DNA from: an uncultured Actinomycetota bacterium
GTDB lineage: Bacteria; Actinomycetota; Actinomycetes; Mycobacteriales; SCTD01
Reading direction: 5' to 3'
DNA length: 64,000 nucleotides
Assembly: GCA_963784705.1 (NCBI GenBank)
Contig: CAWASC010000012.1
Span: 210,400-274,399 of the forward strand
Under the pieces are notes generated by a model. It saw nothing but the letters and a program-made list of their open reading frames with translations. It was not told where the DNA came from and made no database searches. How positions within the stretch are numbered: the first letter of the stretch is position 1; each line of letters starts with the position of its first letter. The position numbers and the translations under genes are program-made. Positions 29,153 through 38,060 of this stretch are shown here, in pieces.

Positions 29153-30162
29153 TAGCGCGGGACGGGTACGGCGGACAGCACGCCCTCGAGCACGGCGTCG
29201 GTCGTCGAGCCCTCGAGCTCGGCCTCGGGGCGCAGCGAGATGCGGTGCCGCAGGGTCGGTCGAGCCAGCGCCTTCACGTCGTCGGGGGTGACGTAGTCGC
29301 GCCCCGACAGCCAGGCCCACGCCTTCGCCGTCGCCAGCAGGGCGGTGGCGCCGCGGGGGGAGGCACCGAGCTGCAGCGACGGGGACTCGCGCGTCGCCCG
29401 GCAGATGTCGACGACGTACGCCACGACCTCGGGGGAGACGGTCAGCGCAGCCACGGCGGCGCGTCCGGCGGCGAGGTCGTCGGCGGACGCGACCGGTTGC
29501 AGGGCGCTGAGGTCGCGGGGGTCGAAGCCCTGGTCGTGCGCGGTGACGACGCTGATCTCGTCGTCGCGGGTCGGCAGCGGAACGGTGAGCTTCAGCAGGA
29601 AGCGGTCGAGCTGCGCCTCGGGCAGGGGGTAGGTGCCTTCGTACTCCACCGGGTTCTGCGTCGCGCAGACCACGAACGGATCGGGCAGCAGCCGTGCCGT
29701 GCCGTCGACGGAGACCTGTCGCTCCTCCATCGCCTCGAGCAGCGCCGCCTGCGTCTTCGGCGGCGTGCGGTTGATCTCGTCGGCAAGCAGGAGGTTGGTG
29801 AAAACCGGACCCTCGCGGAAGGAGAACGCCGACGAGCGTGCGTCGTAGACCAGGGAGCCGGTGATGTCGCCGGGCATCAGGTCGGGGGTGAACTGGACCC
29901 GCTTGCTGTCCAGGGAGAGCGACGCGGCGACGCTGCGCACCAGCAGCGTCTTGGCGACACCCGGCACGCCCTCGAGCAGCACGTGCCCGCGGCACAGCAG
30001 CGCGATGACCAGGCCGGTGACCGTTGCGTCCTGCCCGATGACGGCCTTGGCGACCTCGGTGCGCAGCGCCATCAGCGCCTCGCGCGGGTCACTGTCCTTG
30101 CTGCGCCTGGCCGCCGTGGCCTTCGCTGCTGTTCCACGGCGTCGTGCTGCTGGAGCCGTCAC
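29152..30162 (-). CDS. MoxR family AAA+ ATPase
   Basis: A 336-aa ORF. Walker A is LLEGVPGVAKT, Walker B is LLADEINR. The typical MoxR C-terminus is present (GASPRGATALLATAKAWAWLSGRDYVTPDDVKAL). Confidence 0.92.
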   Translation of the reverse strand: MTAPAARRRGTAAKATAARRSKDSDPREALMALRTEVAKAVIGQDATVTGLVIALLCRGHVLLEGVPGVAKTLLVRSVAASLSLDSKRVQFTPDLMPGDITGSLVYDARSSAFSFREGPVFTNLLLADEINRTPPKTQAALLEAMEERQVSVDGTARLLPDPFVVCATQNPVEYEGTYPLPEAQLDRFLLKLTVPLPTRDDEISVVTAHDQGFDPRDLSALQPVASADDLAAGRAAVAALTVSPEVVAYVVDICRATRESPSLQLGASPRGATALLATAKAWAWLSGRDYVTPDDVKALARPTLRHRISLRPEAELEGSTTDAVLEGVLSAVPVPR

Positions 30163-31289
30163 GAGCCGGCCACCTCCCGGGTCAGGGTGTCGAGATCGTC
30201 CGCGAGCCGGACGAGGGCGTTGTCGTCCGACGGGTCCGGACCGTACAGGAGCGCGTCGACCTCGGCGCCCGCGCGACCGGACCGCTCGGCGACCAGCGCG
30301 ACGAAGGCAGCGCGGTCCGGGTTCGCCCCCGCGCCGAGCCGGGGCGCCAGCCGACCTCGGGCGGCGGCGCGCAGTGAGTCCGCCGCGGTGCCGCGGGCGC
30401 CGGCTGCGCGGTACATCCGCCCGCGCCCCTCGGCGGTCTCCGAGGCGCGGACGACGACCGGCAGCGGCTCCGGGACGACCCGGCCCAGTCGGCGGCCCTG
30501 CCAGAGCGCGAGGACCAGCACGACGAGCACCAGCAGGAAGCGCGCGCTGCGCACCCAGTCGGGCAGCAGGTCGTCGGCGGACCGCAGCGGGCGCTGGCCG
30601 AACTCCGGTCGGTTCACGTCGGGGACGAGCCAGACCAGCCGCGGCGTGCCGGCCAGCAACCCGATGGCCAGCGCCGCGTTCCCGCGCCGGCCGAGCCGGT
30701 CGTTGGTGAACAGCGACCGGCTGCCCACGACCACGTTGTCGTCGGGCAGTCCCAGCACGGTGAAGCCGTCGCCGGCCCGGTAGCAGCCCGTGCTGCCGAC
30801 CGGGCCGGTCACGACCAGTCCGCCGACGTCGACGCGTCCCGCGGCCCGCGCGGCGGGCAGGTCGCAGCCGGGCGAGCGGTCGGTCACGGCCACGGCGTCG
30901 ACGGGCGTCACGCCCAGGCCGAGATCAGCGAGGGACTGCGGGTCCCCGCCGGCGACCACCAGGCGCCCCGGGGCCGCCGCGATCGCCTGCAGCTCCTCAG
31001 GACTGAGCAGCTCGGGGAGGGGCACGAACACCGTGGCGCTCTCCCGCGCGGCAGCCGTCGTGGACGGGACGTCGCCGGTGCGCACCACCTCGATCCCGCG
31101 GTCGCGCAGCAGCGTCGCGAGGGCACGGGACCCGCCCGGGTCGTACGCGTCCGGGTCGAGGTTGCCCCCCCGACCGCCCAGGGTGAGGACGGCCACCGCC
31201 ACGAGCACCAGGACCAGGCCGCCCCCGACGAGCAGCGCCGCGCGGTTGCGGCGCAGGACGACGCGGGGGGTGGGGCTGGTGACGGTCAC
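30159..31289 (-). CDS. DUF4350 domain-containing protein
   Basis: GTG at 31289 with a GTGA overlap, the C-terminal 376 aa of track ORF 30159..32030. It has an N-terminal TM helix, ...GSRALATLLRDRGIEVV..., and a second TM helix near the C-terminus. The family name comes from memory of the MoxR-DUF58-DUF4350-DUF4129 neighbourhood. Confidence 0.72.
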   Translation of the reverse strand: MTVTSPTPRVVLRRNRAALLVGGGLVLVLVAVAVLTLGGRGGNLDPDAYDPGGSRALATLLRDRGIEVVRTGDVPSTTAAARESATVFVPLPELLSPEELQAIAAAPGRLVVAGGDPQSLADLGLGVTPVDAVAVTDRSPGCDLPAARAAGRVDVGGLVVTGPVGSTGCYRAGDGFTVLGLPDDNVVVGSRSLFTNDRLGRRGNAALAIGLLAGTPRLVWLVPDVNRPEFGQRPLRSADDLLPDWVRSARFLLVLVVLVLALWQGRRLGRVVPEPLPVVVRASETAEGRGRMYRAAGARGTAADSLRAAARGRLAPRLGAGANPDRAAFVALVAERSGRAGAEVDALLYGPDPSDDNALVRLADDLDTLTREVAGS

Positions 31290-31936
31290 GCCACCACCAG
31301 CCGTGCGCCGGTCACCGCGGCGTCGATCTCCACGAGCACGGCGTACGACGCAGCATCGGCGCTGCGGCCGCCGTACCAGACGTCGTCGAAGACGCCCACG
31401 CCCCGTCGCAGGGGGGCAGCGATGGTCGGGACCAGCCGACCGGCCTCGGCAGCCACCTCGTCCGCCGTACGTCCTGGACGGGGGTCGAGCACCCCGCGCT
31501 GCTCGAGCTCGCGCACGACGGCTCGCAGCCGCTCCCGCACGGCCTGGGCGTGGTCGCCGCGAGTGGACAGGTCGTCGGCCAGGCGCCGGTGCTCGTCCGC
31601 GGTCAGGTCGGAGGCGAGGGAGAACAGGGCGTCCGTGCGCGCCTGGCGCAGGCTCGGCCGCAGCCGGACGAGGACGACCGCGGCCAGCCCCACGACGACC
31701 AGCACGAGCAGGAGCACCCCGAGGCGGCCACCGGGCACCGAGGCCGTCGTCTTGTTGAGCAGCTCGATCACGTGCTCGTAGATCCACTGGAGCGCGCGGG
31801 TCGTCAGGGACGGTTTCGCCTGCTGGTACGGCGTTCTCGCGAGCTCCCGGCGGGCCTGCTCTCGGGCCTCCTGCGCGCCCGGCAGGTCGCCGACCGCGGC
31901 GAGCCGGGACAGGAGCGGGACGAGCAGCAGGGTCAC
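31286..31936 (-). CDS. DUF4129 domain-containing protein
   Basis: A 216-aa ORF with a TM helix (LGVLLLVLVVVGLAAVVLV), then ...RAVVRELEQRGVLDPRPGRTADEVAAEA...FDDVWYGGR, typical of DUF4129. Confidence 0.72.
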   Translation of the reverse strand: MTLLLVPLLSRLAAVGDLPGAQEAREQARRELARTPYQQAKPSLTTRALQWIYEHVIELLNKTTASVPGGRLGVLLLVLVVVGLAAVVLVRLRPSLRQARTDALFSLASDLTADEHRRLADDLSTRGDHAQAVRERLRAVVRELEQRGVLDPRPGRTADEVAAEAGRLVPTIAAPLRRGVGVFDDVWYGGRSADAASYAVLVEIDAAVTGARLVVA

Positions 31937-33075
31937 GCGGGCTGGTCACCGCCCGCCGCTGCGGCTTGCAGCGACACGTCGAGGCCCTCCGCGCGCATCC
32001 GCCGGTCGACGTACAGCAGAGCGCGCACACCGGCCGAGAAGGGGGTGAGGAACACCGAGGCGATGCCCGCCGCGACCTGCTGGGTGACCAGCAGGCCGGT
32101 CCCGTCGCCGGAGTCCGAGCTGATGCTGAGCAGACCGGCGACGATGATCGGCGGAACGGTGAGGATGCCGGCGATGACCGTCGTGATGATGCCGGTCAGG
32201 ACCAGCGTGCCGAAGACGCGCCACCACGACCCCTTGACCAGGACGGCCGAGCGGCGCAGGGCTGCCCTGACGCCGGTCTTCTCGAGCACCAGAGCGGCAG
32301 GGGCGAGGGACAGCCGCGCGTAGAGGTGCACCGACAGCAGCGTGCCGGCGATGCCGAGCGGGATGCCGAGCAGCAGCGTGACCGGACCGCCGATCACCGC
32401 GAGCCCCACGGCCACGGCGATGGACAGGAAGATCGGTGCGCCGACGAGCAGGCCGCTCAGCAGCGACACGCCGAGCAGTGCCCACAGCCGAGGGCGGATG
32501 GTGCGCCACACCTCCCCCGTCGGGGCCGGCTGGCCCAGGACGGCCTTGCCGACGACGGCGACGAGGGCGCCGGTGAGGAAGATGCCGGCGAAGTAGCCGA
32601 CCAGCGCACCGGGCGCGCTGCTGACGTTCGCGGTGAACGACTGGGTGGTGCCGTCCGTGGCGTCAGAGGTGCCCGAGGTCTGCAGCAGGCCGTCGCCTGC
32701 GGACAGGGCGACGACGAGGGCGACGTTGAGCACGGTGACCACGGCGGCGATGGCAGCCGACAGGCCGAGCGTCGGGCGCGGGTGCCGGCGGACGATCTTG
32801 ATCGCGCCGTCGAGCAGCTCGCCGAGGGCCAGCGGACGCAGGGGCACGACGCCGGGCTGCGGCGCCCACGCCTTTCCGTACTGAGGTGCGCCGTACTGAG
32901 GCGCGCCGTACTGAGGCGCGCCGTACTGGGGTGCGCCGTACTGAGGTGCGCCGTAGTAGGGCACACCACCCGGCGGCTCCTGGCTCGAGGGGCTCGGGGC
33001 GCTCGACGGCGGCGGGCTCGCAGGTGGGGTCGGCCCGGAGCCGGGAGCAGCCCACCCGTCGGGGGTGTCGGTCAT
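31933..33075 (-). CDS. polytopic membrane protein with a Pro-rich, (YGAPQ)n N-terminus
   Basis: ATG at 33075, internal to track ORF 31933..33165. The cytoplasmic N-terminal low-complexity region is followed by about six TM helices (…LGELLDGAIKIVRRHPRPTLGLSAAIAAVV…). It is the first gene of the MoxR operon. Confidence 0.7.
   Translation of the reverse strand: MTDTPDGWAAPGSGPTPPASPPPSSAPSPSSQEPPGGVPYYGAPQYGAPQYGAPQYGAPQYGAPQYGKAWAPQPGVVPLRPLALGELLDGAIKIVRRHPRPTLGLSAAIAAVVTVLNVALVVALSAGDGLLQTSGTSDATDGTTQSFTANVSSAPGALVGYFAGIFLTGALVAVVGKAVLGQPAPTGEVWRTIRPRLWALLGVSLLSGLLVGAPIFLSIAVAVGLAVIGGPVTLLLGIPLGIAGTLLSVHLYARLSLAPAALVLEKTGVRAALRRSAVLVKGSWWRVFGTLVLTGIITTVIAGILTVPPIIVAGLLSISSDSGDGTGLLVTQQVAAGIASVFLTPFSAGVRALLYVDRRMRAEGLDVSLQAAAAGGDQPA
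32878..32952 (-). repeat. 15-bp x5 in-frame tandem repeat, (YGAPQ)5
   Basis: The plus-strand unit gtactgaggYgcgcc is repeated five times, with a sixth degenerate copy. Confidence 0.95.
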
Positions 33076-33163
33076 CGTCCTCCTCGGACAGGGGCGCGGC
33101 GGGGCAGGGACGGCGAGCACGCATGCTCGCACGATCGGCCCGTCGGGGTGCGACGATAGGGCC

Positions 33164-33874
33164 ATGCCCGGCCACCTGCCTGATGCCTCGAACGCCCGCG
33201 TGCTCGTCGTCGACGACGACCCGGCGCTGGCCGAGATGCTCGGGATCGTCCTGCGCGGGGAGGGCTACGTCCCGGCGTTCGTCGCCGACGGGGACGCTGC
33301 CCTGGGGGCCTTCCGCCGCGAGAAGCCCGACGTGGTCCTGCTCGACCTGATGCTCCCGGGGACCGACGGGATCGAGGTCTGCCGGCAGATCCGCGCCGAG
33401 AGCGGCGTACCCATCATCATGCTCACCGCCAAGGGTGACACCACCGACGTCGTCCTGGGCCTGGAGAGCGGAGCCGACGACTACGTCGTCAAGCCCTTCA
33501 AGCCCAAGGAGCTGGTGGCGCGCGTGCAGGCCCGGCTGCGGTCACGGGACGCCGAGCCGGAGCTGCTGAGCATCGGTCCGCCTTCCGACGCCGTCACCAT
33601 CGACGTCCCGGGCCACGTGGTGATGCGGGACGACACCCCCATCAGCCTCACCCCGCTGGAGTTCGACCTGCTGCTCGCGCTGGCGCGCCAGCCCAAGAAG
33701 GTCTTCACCCGCGAGGTCCTGCTCGAGCAGGTCTGGGGCTACCGGCACGCTGCCGACACCCGGTTGGTCAACGTGCACGTGCAGCGGCTGCGCGCCAAGG
33801 TCGAGCGCGACCCCGAGCGTCCGACGCTGGTCGTCACGGTCCGCGGAGTCGGCTACAAGGCAGGGCAGGGCTGA
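33164..33874 (+). CDS. mtrA: response regulator MtrA (OmpR family)
   Basis: ATG 33164, internal to track ORF 33065..33874. Supporting sequence: RVLVVDDDPALAEMLGIVLRGEGY...DVVLLDLMLPGTDGIEVCRQIR...LTAKGDTTDVVLGLESGADDYVVKPFKPKELVARV...RGVGYK. It is followed by mtrB and lpqB. Confidence 0.93.
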   Translation: MPGHLPDASNARVLVVDDDPALAEMLGIVLRGEGYVPAFVADGDAALGAFRREKPDVVLLDLMLPGTDGIEVCRQIRAESGVPIIMLTAKGDTTDVVLGLESGADDYVVKPFKPKELVARVQARLRSRDAEPELLSIGPPSDAVTIDVPGHVVMRDDTPISLTPLEFDLLLALARQPKKVFTREVLLEQVWGYRHAADTRLVNVHVQRLRAKVERDPERPTLVVTVRGVGYKAGQG

Positions 33875-33969
33875 CGGTCGGCGGACGGCTCATCGGCGCG
33901 CGGACCCGAGCCACGCGCCTGTTCCTGCGTGGGGTCCACCGGTGGCGCCGGTCGCTTCAGGCGCGCGTC

Positions 33970-35439
33970 GTGTCGACCACGCTGGTCGTCAGCGGCGTCG
34001 TCGTCGTGCTGCTCGCGTCACTGCTGCTCGGGCAGGTCGGCCGCGGGCTGGTGAGCGCGAAGACCCGCGTCGCCCTCGTGGAGGCCCAGTCGGGGCTCAC
34101 CCAGGTCCAGCAGGTCGCCGATGCCGCGGCGGGGGGCACGCCGCAGGCGCTCGAGCAGAAGCTGCAGGGGATCGCCGTCGAGCTCGCGCAGCGAGGCCAG
34201 GGCGGGGACCAGTACGACATCGCCCTGGTGCCCTCCAGCGGCGCCGCCAACGTCTTCAAGTCGCCGACCGTCGACGCCACCCGGTTGCCGCCGGCGCTCG
34301 ACGCGCGGCTCGACACCAGTCAGGGGCTCGCCTACCTCTACCGCGCCGACCGCGGACAGGACCAGCTCGTGGTCGGGGCGAACCTGACGACGATCCTCGG
34401 GCAGTACCGGCTCTACTACCTGTTCCCCCTGGACGCGGAGAGCCAGACGCTGTCGCTGGTCCGCCGTACCTCCGCCATCGCGGGGCTGCTGCTCGTCCTG
34501 CTGCTCGCCCTCATCGCAGGTCTGGTCGCCCGTCAGGTCGTCCTCCCCGTCCGGATGGCAGCGCGTACGGCGGAGCGACTGGCCGCCGGTCGGCTCGAGG
34601 AGCGCATGGCGGTGCGGGGGGAGGACGAGATCGCCCGCCTCGCCTCGACGTTCAACGCGATGGCCGAGACGTTGCAGGCGCAGATCCGTCAGCTCGAGGA
34701 CCTGTCGCGGGTGCAGCGCCGCTTCGTCTCGGACGTCACCCACGAGCTGCGCACCCCGCTCACGACGGTGCGGATGGCTGCTGACGTCCTGCATGCCGGG
34801 CGGGTGGACATGCCCCCCGCGGCAGCCCGGAGCGCCGAGCTGCTGCAGGCCGAGCTCGACCGGTTCGAGGCGCTGCTCGCCGAGCTGCTGGAGATCTCCC
34901 GGTACGACGCGGGTGCTGCAGCCCTGGAGGCGGAGCAACTCGACTTGGTGCCCCTGGTGCACCGCGTCCTCGCTGCCGCCCAGCCACTGGCCGACCGCAA
35001 GGGCAGCGCCCTGCGGCTGCACAGCACCGGGCCGGTGCTCGCCGAGGTCGACCACGTGCGCATCGAGCGGGTGCTCCGCAACCTCGTGGTCAACGCCGTC
35101 GAGCACGGCGAGGGTCGCCCCATCGACGTGACCGTCGCCGCGGGGACAGGGGTGGCCGCCGTGCTCGTCCGCGACCGGGGCGTGGGGCTGCGTCCCGGTG
35201 ATGCGGGACTGGTGTTCACGCGCTTCTGGCGTGGAGATCCCTCCCGCGCACGCAACACCGGCGGCACCGGCCTCGGTCTGGCGATCGCGCTGGAGGACGC
35301 GCGCCTGCACGGGGGGACGCTGCAGGCCTGGGGATCGCCCGGCCAGGGCGCGGCGTTCCGGCTGACGCTGCCCACGACGCCGGGAGGTCCGCTGTCGGAC
35401 AGCCCGCTTCCGTTGCGACCGGTCGAGGTGGCGACGTGA
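33970..35439 (+). CDS. mtrB: sensor histidine kinase MtrB
   Basis: A 489-aa ORF with HAMP and an H-box (FVSDVTHELRTPLTT), plus N/G boxes (NLVVNAVEHG, RDRGVGL, TGGTGLGLAIA). The conserved N-terminal motif HRWRRSLQARVV is encoded in frame upstream of the first canonical start, so the true start is probably nearer 33871 (see findings). Confidence 0.9.
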   Translation: MSTTLVVSGVVVVLLASLLLGQVGRGLVSAKTRVALVEAQSGLTQVQQVADAAAGGTPQALEQKLQGIAVELAQRGQGGDQYDIALVPSSGAANVFKSPTVDATRLPPALDARLDTSQGLAYLYRADRGQDQLVVGANLTTILGQYRLYYLFPLDAESQTLSLVRRTSAIAGLLLVLLLALIAGLVARQVVLPVRMAARTAERLAAGRLEERMAVRGEDEIARLASTFNAMAETLQAQIRQLEDLSRVQRRFVSDVTHELRTPLTTVRMAADVLHAGRVDMPPAAARSAELLQAELDRFEALLAELLEISRYDAGAAALEAEQLDLVPLVHRVLAAAQPLADRKGSALRLHSTGPVLAEVDHVRIERVLRNLVVNAVEHGEGRPIDVTVAAGTGVAAVLVRDRGVGLRPGDAGLVFTRFWRGDPSRARNTGGTGLGLAIALEDARLHGGTLQAWGSPGQGAAFRLTLPTTPGGPLSDSPLPLRPVEVAT

Positions 35440-37127
35440 GGCGCCTGGTCGTCCCGGTGCTGGTGCTGCTGCTCGGCGGGTGCTCGCTGCCGCTCCCGGG
35501 CGGCGTGCGGGGGACCGCCGGGGTACAGGCCGAGCCCCAGCGCGACGGCGAGGTGCTGCAGGTGCTGCCGCCAGGGCCGCAGGCCGGGCAGTCGCCGACG
35601 CAGGTCGTCGTCGGCTTCCTGCAGGCTCAGGTCAACGCCGACGGCAACCACGCGATCGCCCGCTCGTTCCTCACCACGTCTGCCGCCCAGGCCTGGGACG
35701 ACGCGGTGCAGGTCCAGGTCTACGACCTCGCCTCGCAGCGGGTCACGGCCGTGCCGGGTGAGAAGGGGCCGGGGTCCGAGGCGGCGGTCACCGTCAGCTC
35801 GAAGGTCACCGGCCTGATCGGCAGCGACGGTCACTTCACCCCGCAGTCCCTGGTCACCGAGGAGGACTACCGGCTCGAGCGGGTGAAGGGGGAGTGGCGG
35901 TTGTCCTCCGTCCCGTCGGGGCTGCGCCTGACCAGCGCGGACCGAGCCCGGTCCTACCCCCCGTTCACCGTCTACCACGTGGCGCGCTCCGCGGTCGCGG
36001 ACCAGCGCCGGCTGGTGCCGGAGCGGGTGTTCGTCCCGGCCGGTGCCGGACTCGCCCGTCGGCTGGTCGACCGCTCCCTGCACCGTCCCTCCGGGGCGCT
36101 GGCAGACACGGTCGTGGACCGGGGGGAGCTCGCGGTGCGCAGCGTCGGCACCGACAGCGCCGGTGTCGTGACCGTGGACCTCGACGCGTCCGCGACGGCG
36201 TTGTCGCCCGCCCTCCGCCAGGGCGTGTCGGCCCAGCTGGTGTGGACCCTGCGCGCGCTCGGGACCGGCTTCAGCGGGCTGCGCCTGCTCGCGGGCGGTC
36301 AGCCCCTACGGGTGCCCGGTGAGGACGCGGTGCAGGACGACCAGTCCTGGGCGTCGTACGACCCGAGCGGGCTGAGTGCCTCCCCGCCGTACCTGTACGT
36401 CGATCGCCGCCGGCTCAAGGCCTCCGCAGGAGTGGTCCTGCCCACCACCGGGCGCGTCGACGCGGCCGCACTCGACCCGTCGGGGGAGCTGCTCGGGCTG
36501 CTCGAGGGCCGGCCCACCGGCCCGGTGACCGTCCGGGTCGGACCCCTCAGCGGACCGCCGTCGGGGACGTCGTACCCGGAGGTCGTGACCGCCCCCGGCC
36601 TGGAGTCCCCGACGTTCGGGTCGGGCTGGCGCGGGTTGTGGATGCTGCAGGAGCAGCGGTACGTCGTGCTGCTGCTGACGGGTCGGCCCGCGCTGATGCG
36701 CGTGCCGGTGCGCGGCGGACTGCCGGCGGGAGCGGTCACGGCGCTGGCGGTCTCCCGGGACGGCGCCCGGCTGGCCCTCGTCGTCGACGAGCGGCTGTAC
36801 GTCGGGGTCGTGGTCGGAGCGGGGACGTCGACGCGCGTCCTCGAGCTGACCGCCCTGCTCCCCGGCGCAGAGGTGTCCGATGTGGACTGGGTCACCGGCA
36901 CGGAGCTGGCCGTCGTCGGCCACGTGGGCGGTGGCGCGGCGCAGCTGCTCCGCCTCGCGGTCGACGGGTCCGGCCTGGAGAACCTCAACACCGCCGGCCG
37001 GGTGCCTGAGCACGTGTCCGCCTCCCCGGCGGGGATCCTGTTCACCTCCGGCGGGGCCGTCTACGCCTACACCGGGCGGACGCCGACCAGGATCGCCTCC
37101 GGCTCGGCCCCCGCGTATCCCGGCTGA
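35436..37127 (+). CDS. lpqB: lipoprotein LpqB
   Basis: A 563-aa ORF whose start overlaps the mtrB stop. The lipobox is VLVLLLGGC. It occupies the conserved position after mtrAB. GerMN-like and beta-propeller-like regions are present. Confidence 0.88.
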   Translation: MRRLVVPVLVLLLGGCSLPLPGGVRGTAGVQAEPQRDGEVLQVLPPGPQAGQSPTQVVVGFLQAQVNADGNHAIARSFLTTSAAQAWDDAVQVQVYDLASQRVTAVPGEKGPGSEAAVTVSSKVTGLIGSDGHFTPQSLVTEEDYRLERVKGEWRLSSVPSGLRLTSADRARSYPPFTVYHVARSAVADQRRLVPERVFVPAGAGLARRLVDRSLHRPSGALADTVVDRGELAVRSVGTDSAGVVTVDLDASATALSPALRQGVSAQLVWTLRALGTGFSGLRLLAGGQPLRVPGEDAVQDDQSWASYDPSGLSASPPYLYVDRRRLKASAGVVLPTTGRVDAAALDPSGELLGLLEGRPTGPVTVRVGPLSGPPSGTSYPEVVTAPGLESPTFGSGWRGLWMLQEQRYVVLLLTGRPALMRVPVRGGLPAGAVTALAVSRDGARLALVVDERLYVGVVVGAGTSTRVLELTALLPGAEVSDVDWVTGTELAVVGHVGGGAAQLLRLAVDGSGLENLNTAGRVPEHVSASPAGILFTSGGAVYAYTGRTPTRIASGSAPAYPG

Positions 37128-37179
37128 GCTGTCCACAGGCCCGCGAGCGCCCGGGGGCGGGCCGCGGCAGGCTCGGTGG

Positions 37180-37899
37180 GTGTCCGTGCTCTCCGCCCTC
37201 CCCGCTCTCGGCGAGGTCCTGCTCGACCTGGTGCTGCCCCGGACGTGTGAGGGTTGCGCGACACCGGCTCGGGGCCTGTGCCCGTCGTGCGCCGCGTGGT
37301 TGAGCGCCCCAGCGCACGGACTGGTCCGCCCGACCCCCTGCCCTCCCGGTCTGCCCCCGGTCGCCACCTGGAGCGCGTACGGCGGCGTCACGCAGCGGCT
37401 GCTGCTGGCGCACAAGGAGCGAGGGGCGCTTCGCCTGACCGCTCCGCTCGGTGCCGTCCTCGCCCGGGCCGTGGGCGCCCTGCCGGTCGCGGACCTGTCC
37501 TCCTCGGTGCTGCTGTGCCCGGTGCCGAGCAGCCGGGCCGCGGTCCGGGCGCGGGGGCACGACCACGCCCTGCGGCTGGCGCGCGAGGCGGCACGTGCCC
37601 GGTCCGTCGCGGGTCACCCGACGCAGGCGGTGTCCCTGCTGCGACCCGCCCGTCGGGTCGCCGACCAGTCCGGCCTCAGCACCCGCGAGCGCGCCGCCAA
37701 CCTGCAGGGCGCGCTCGTCGCGATCGGCACGGCTCACCCTCCGGACCGGCACCTGCCCGTCGTGATCGTCGACGACGTCATGACGACCGGCGCGACGCTG
37801 GTGGAGGCGGCGCGCGCCCTCGGCGCGCACGGGCACCGGGTGGCGGGTGCGGCGGTCGTGGCAGCCACCGTCCGGCGTACCGGTCGGGGGAGGACCTGA
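37180..37899 (+). CDS. ComF family phosphoribosyltransferase-like protein
   Basis: The start is GTG 37180 or 37186, within track ORF 36880..37899. An N-terminal Cys4 cluster is present (PRTCEGC....CPSC), and the PRTase motif is VVIVDDVMTTGATL. Confidence 0.8.
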   Translation: MSVLSALPALGEVLLDLVLPRTCEGCATPARGLCPSCAAWLSAPAHGLVRPTPCPPGLPPVATWSAYGGVTQRLLLAHKERGALRLTAPLGAVLARAVGALPVADLSSSVLLCPVPSSRAAVRARGHDHALRLAREAARARSVAGHPTQAVSLLRPARRVADQSGLSTRERAANLQGALVAIGTAHPPDRHLPVVIVDDVMTTGATLVEAARALGAHGHRVAGAAVVAATVRRTGRGRT

Positions 37900-37914
37900 C
37901 CCTTTCGGACGTCA

Positions 37915-37939
37915 CCCCTTCTCCCCGGGACCGAAGGGG
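37915..37939 (+). terminator. stem-loop after the comF-like gene
   Basis: ccccttc (37915-37921) pairs with gaagggg (37933-37939) around an 11-nt loop. A second hairpin, gggcac...gtgccc, lies at 37949-37972 in the hpf leader. There is no clear U-tract. Confidence 0.35.
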
Positions 37940-38060
37940 GTTACCGTCGGGCACAGGCACCGACAGGTGCCCGCCGGCGTCGCAGTCCAGCGAACAGGAG
38001 GTCGGTCCGCCCGCTCAGGCAGCGGGGACGCCAGCACTCCACCGCACACGAGGAGACCGC

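Noticed and set aside
33942-34784. Alternative-frame ORF (280 aa) at the 5' end of mtrB that starts closer to mtrA.
   Set aside because: The product is Arg/Ala/Pro-rich nonsense. The MtrB motifs (WRRSLQ, TM helix, HAMP) are all in the other frame.
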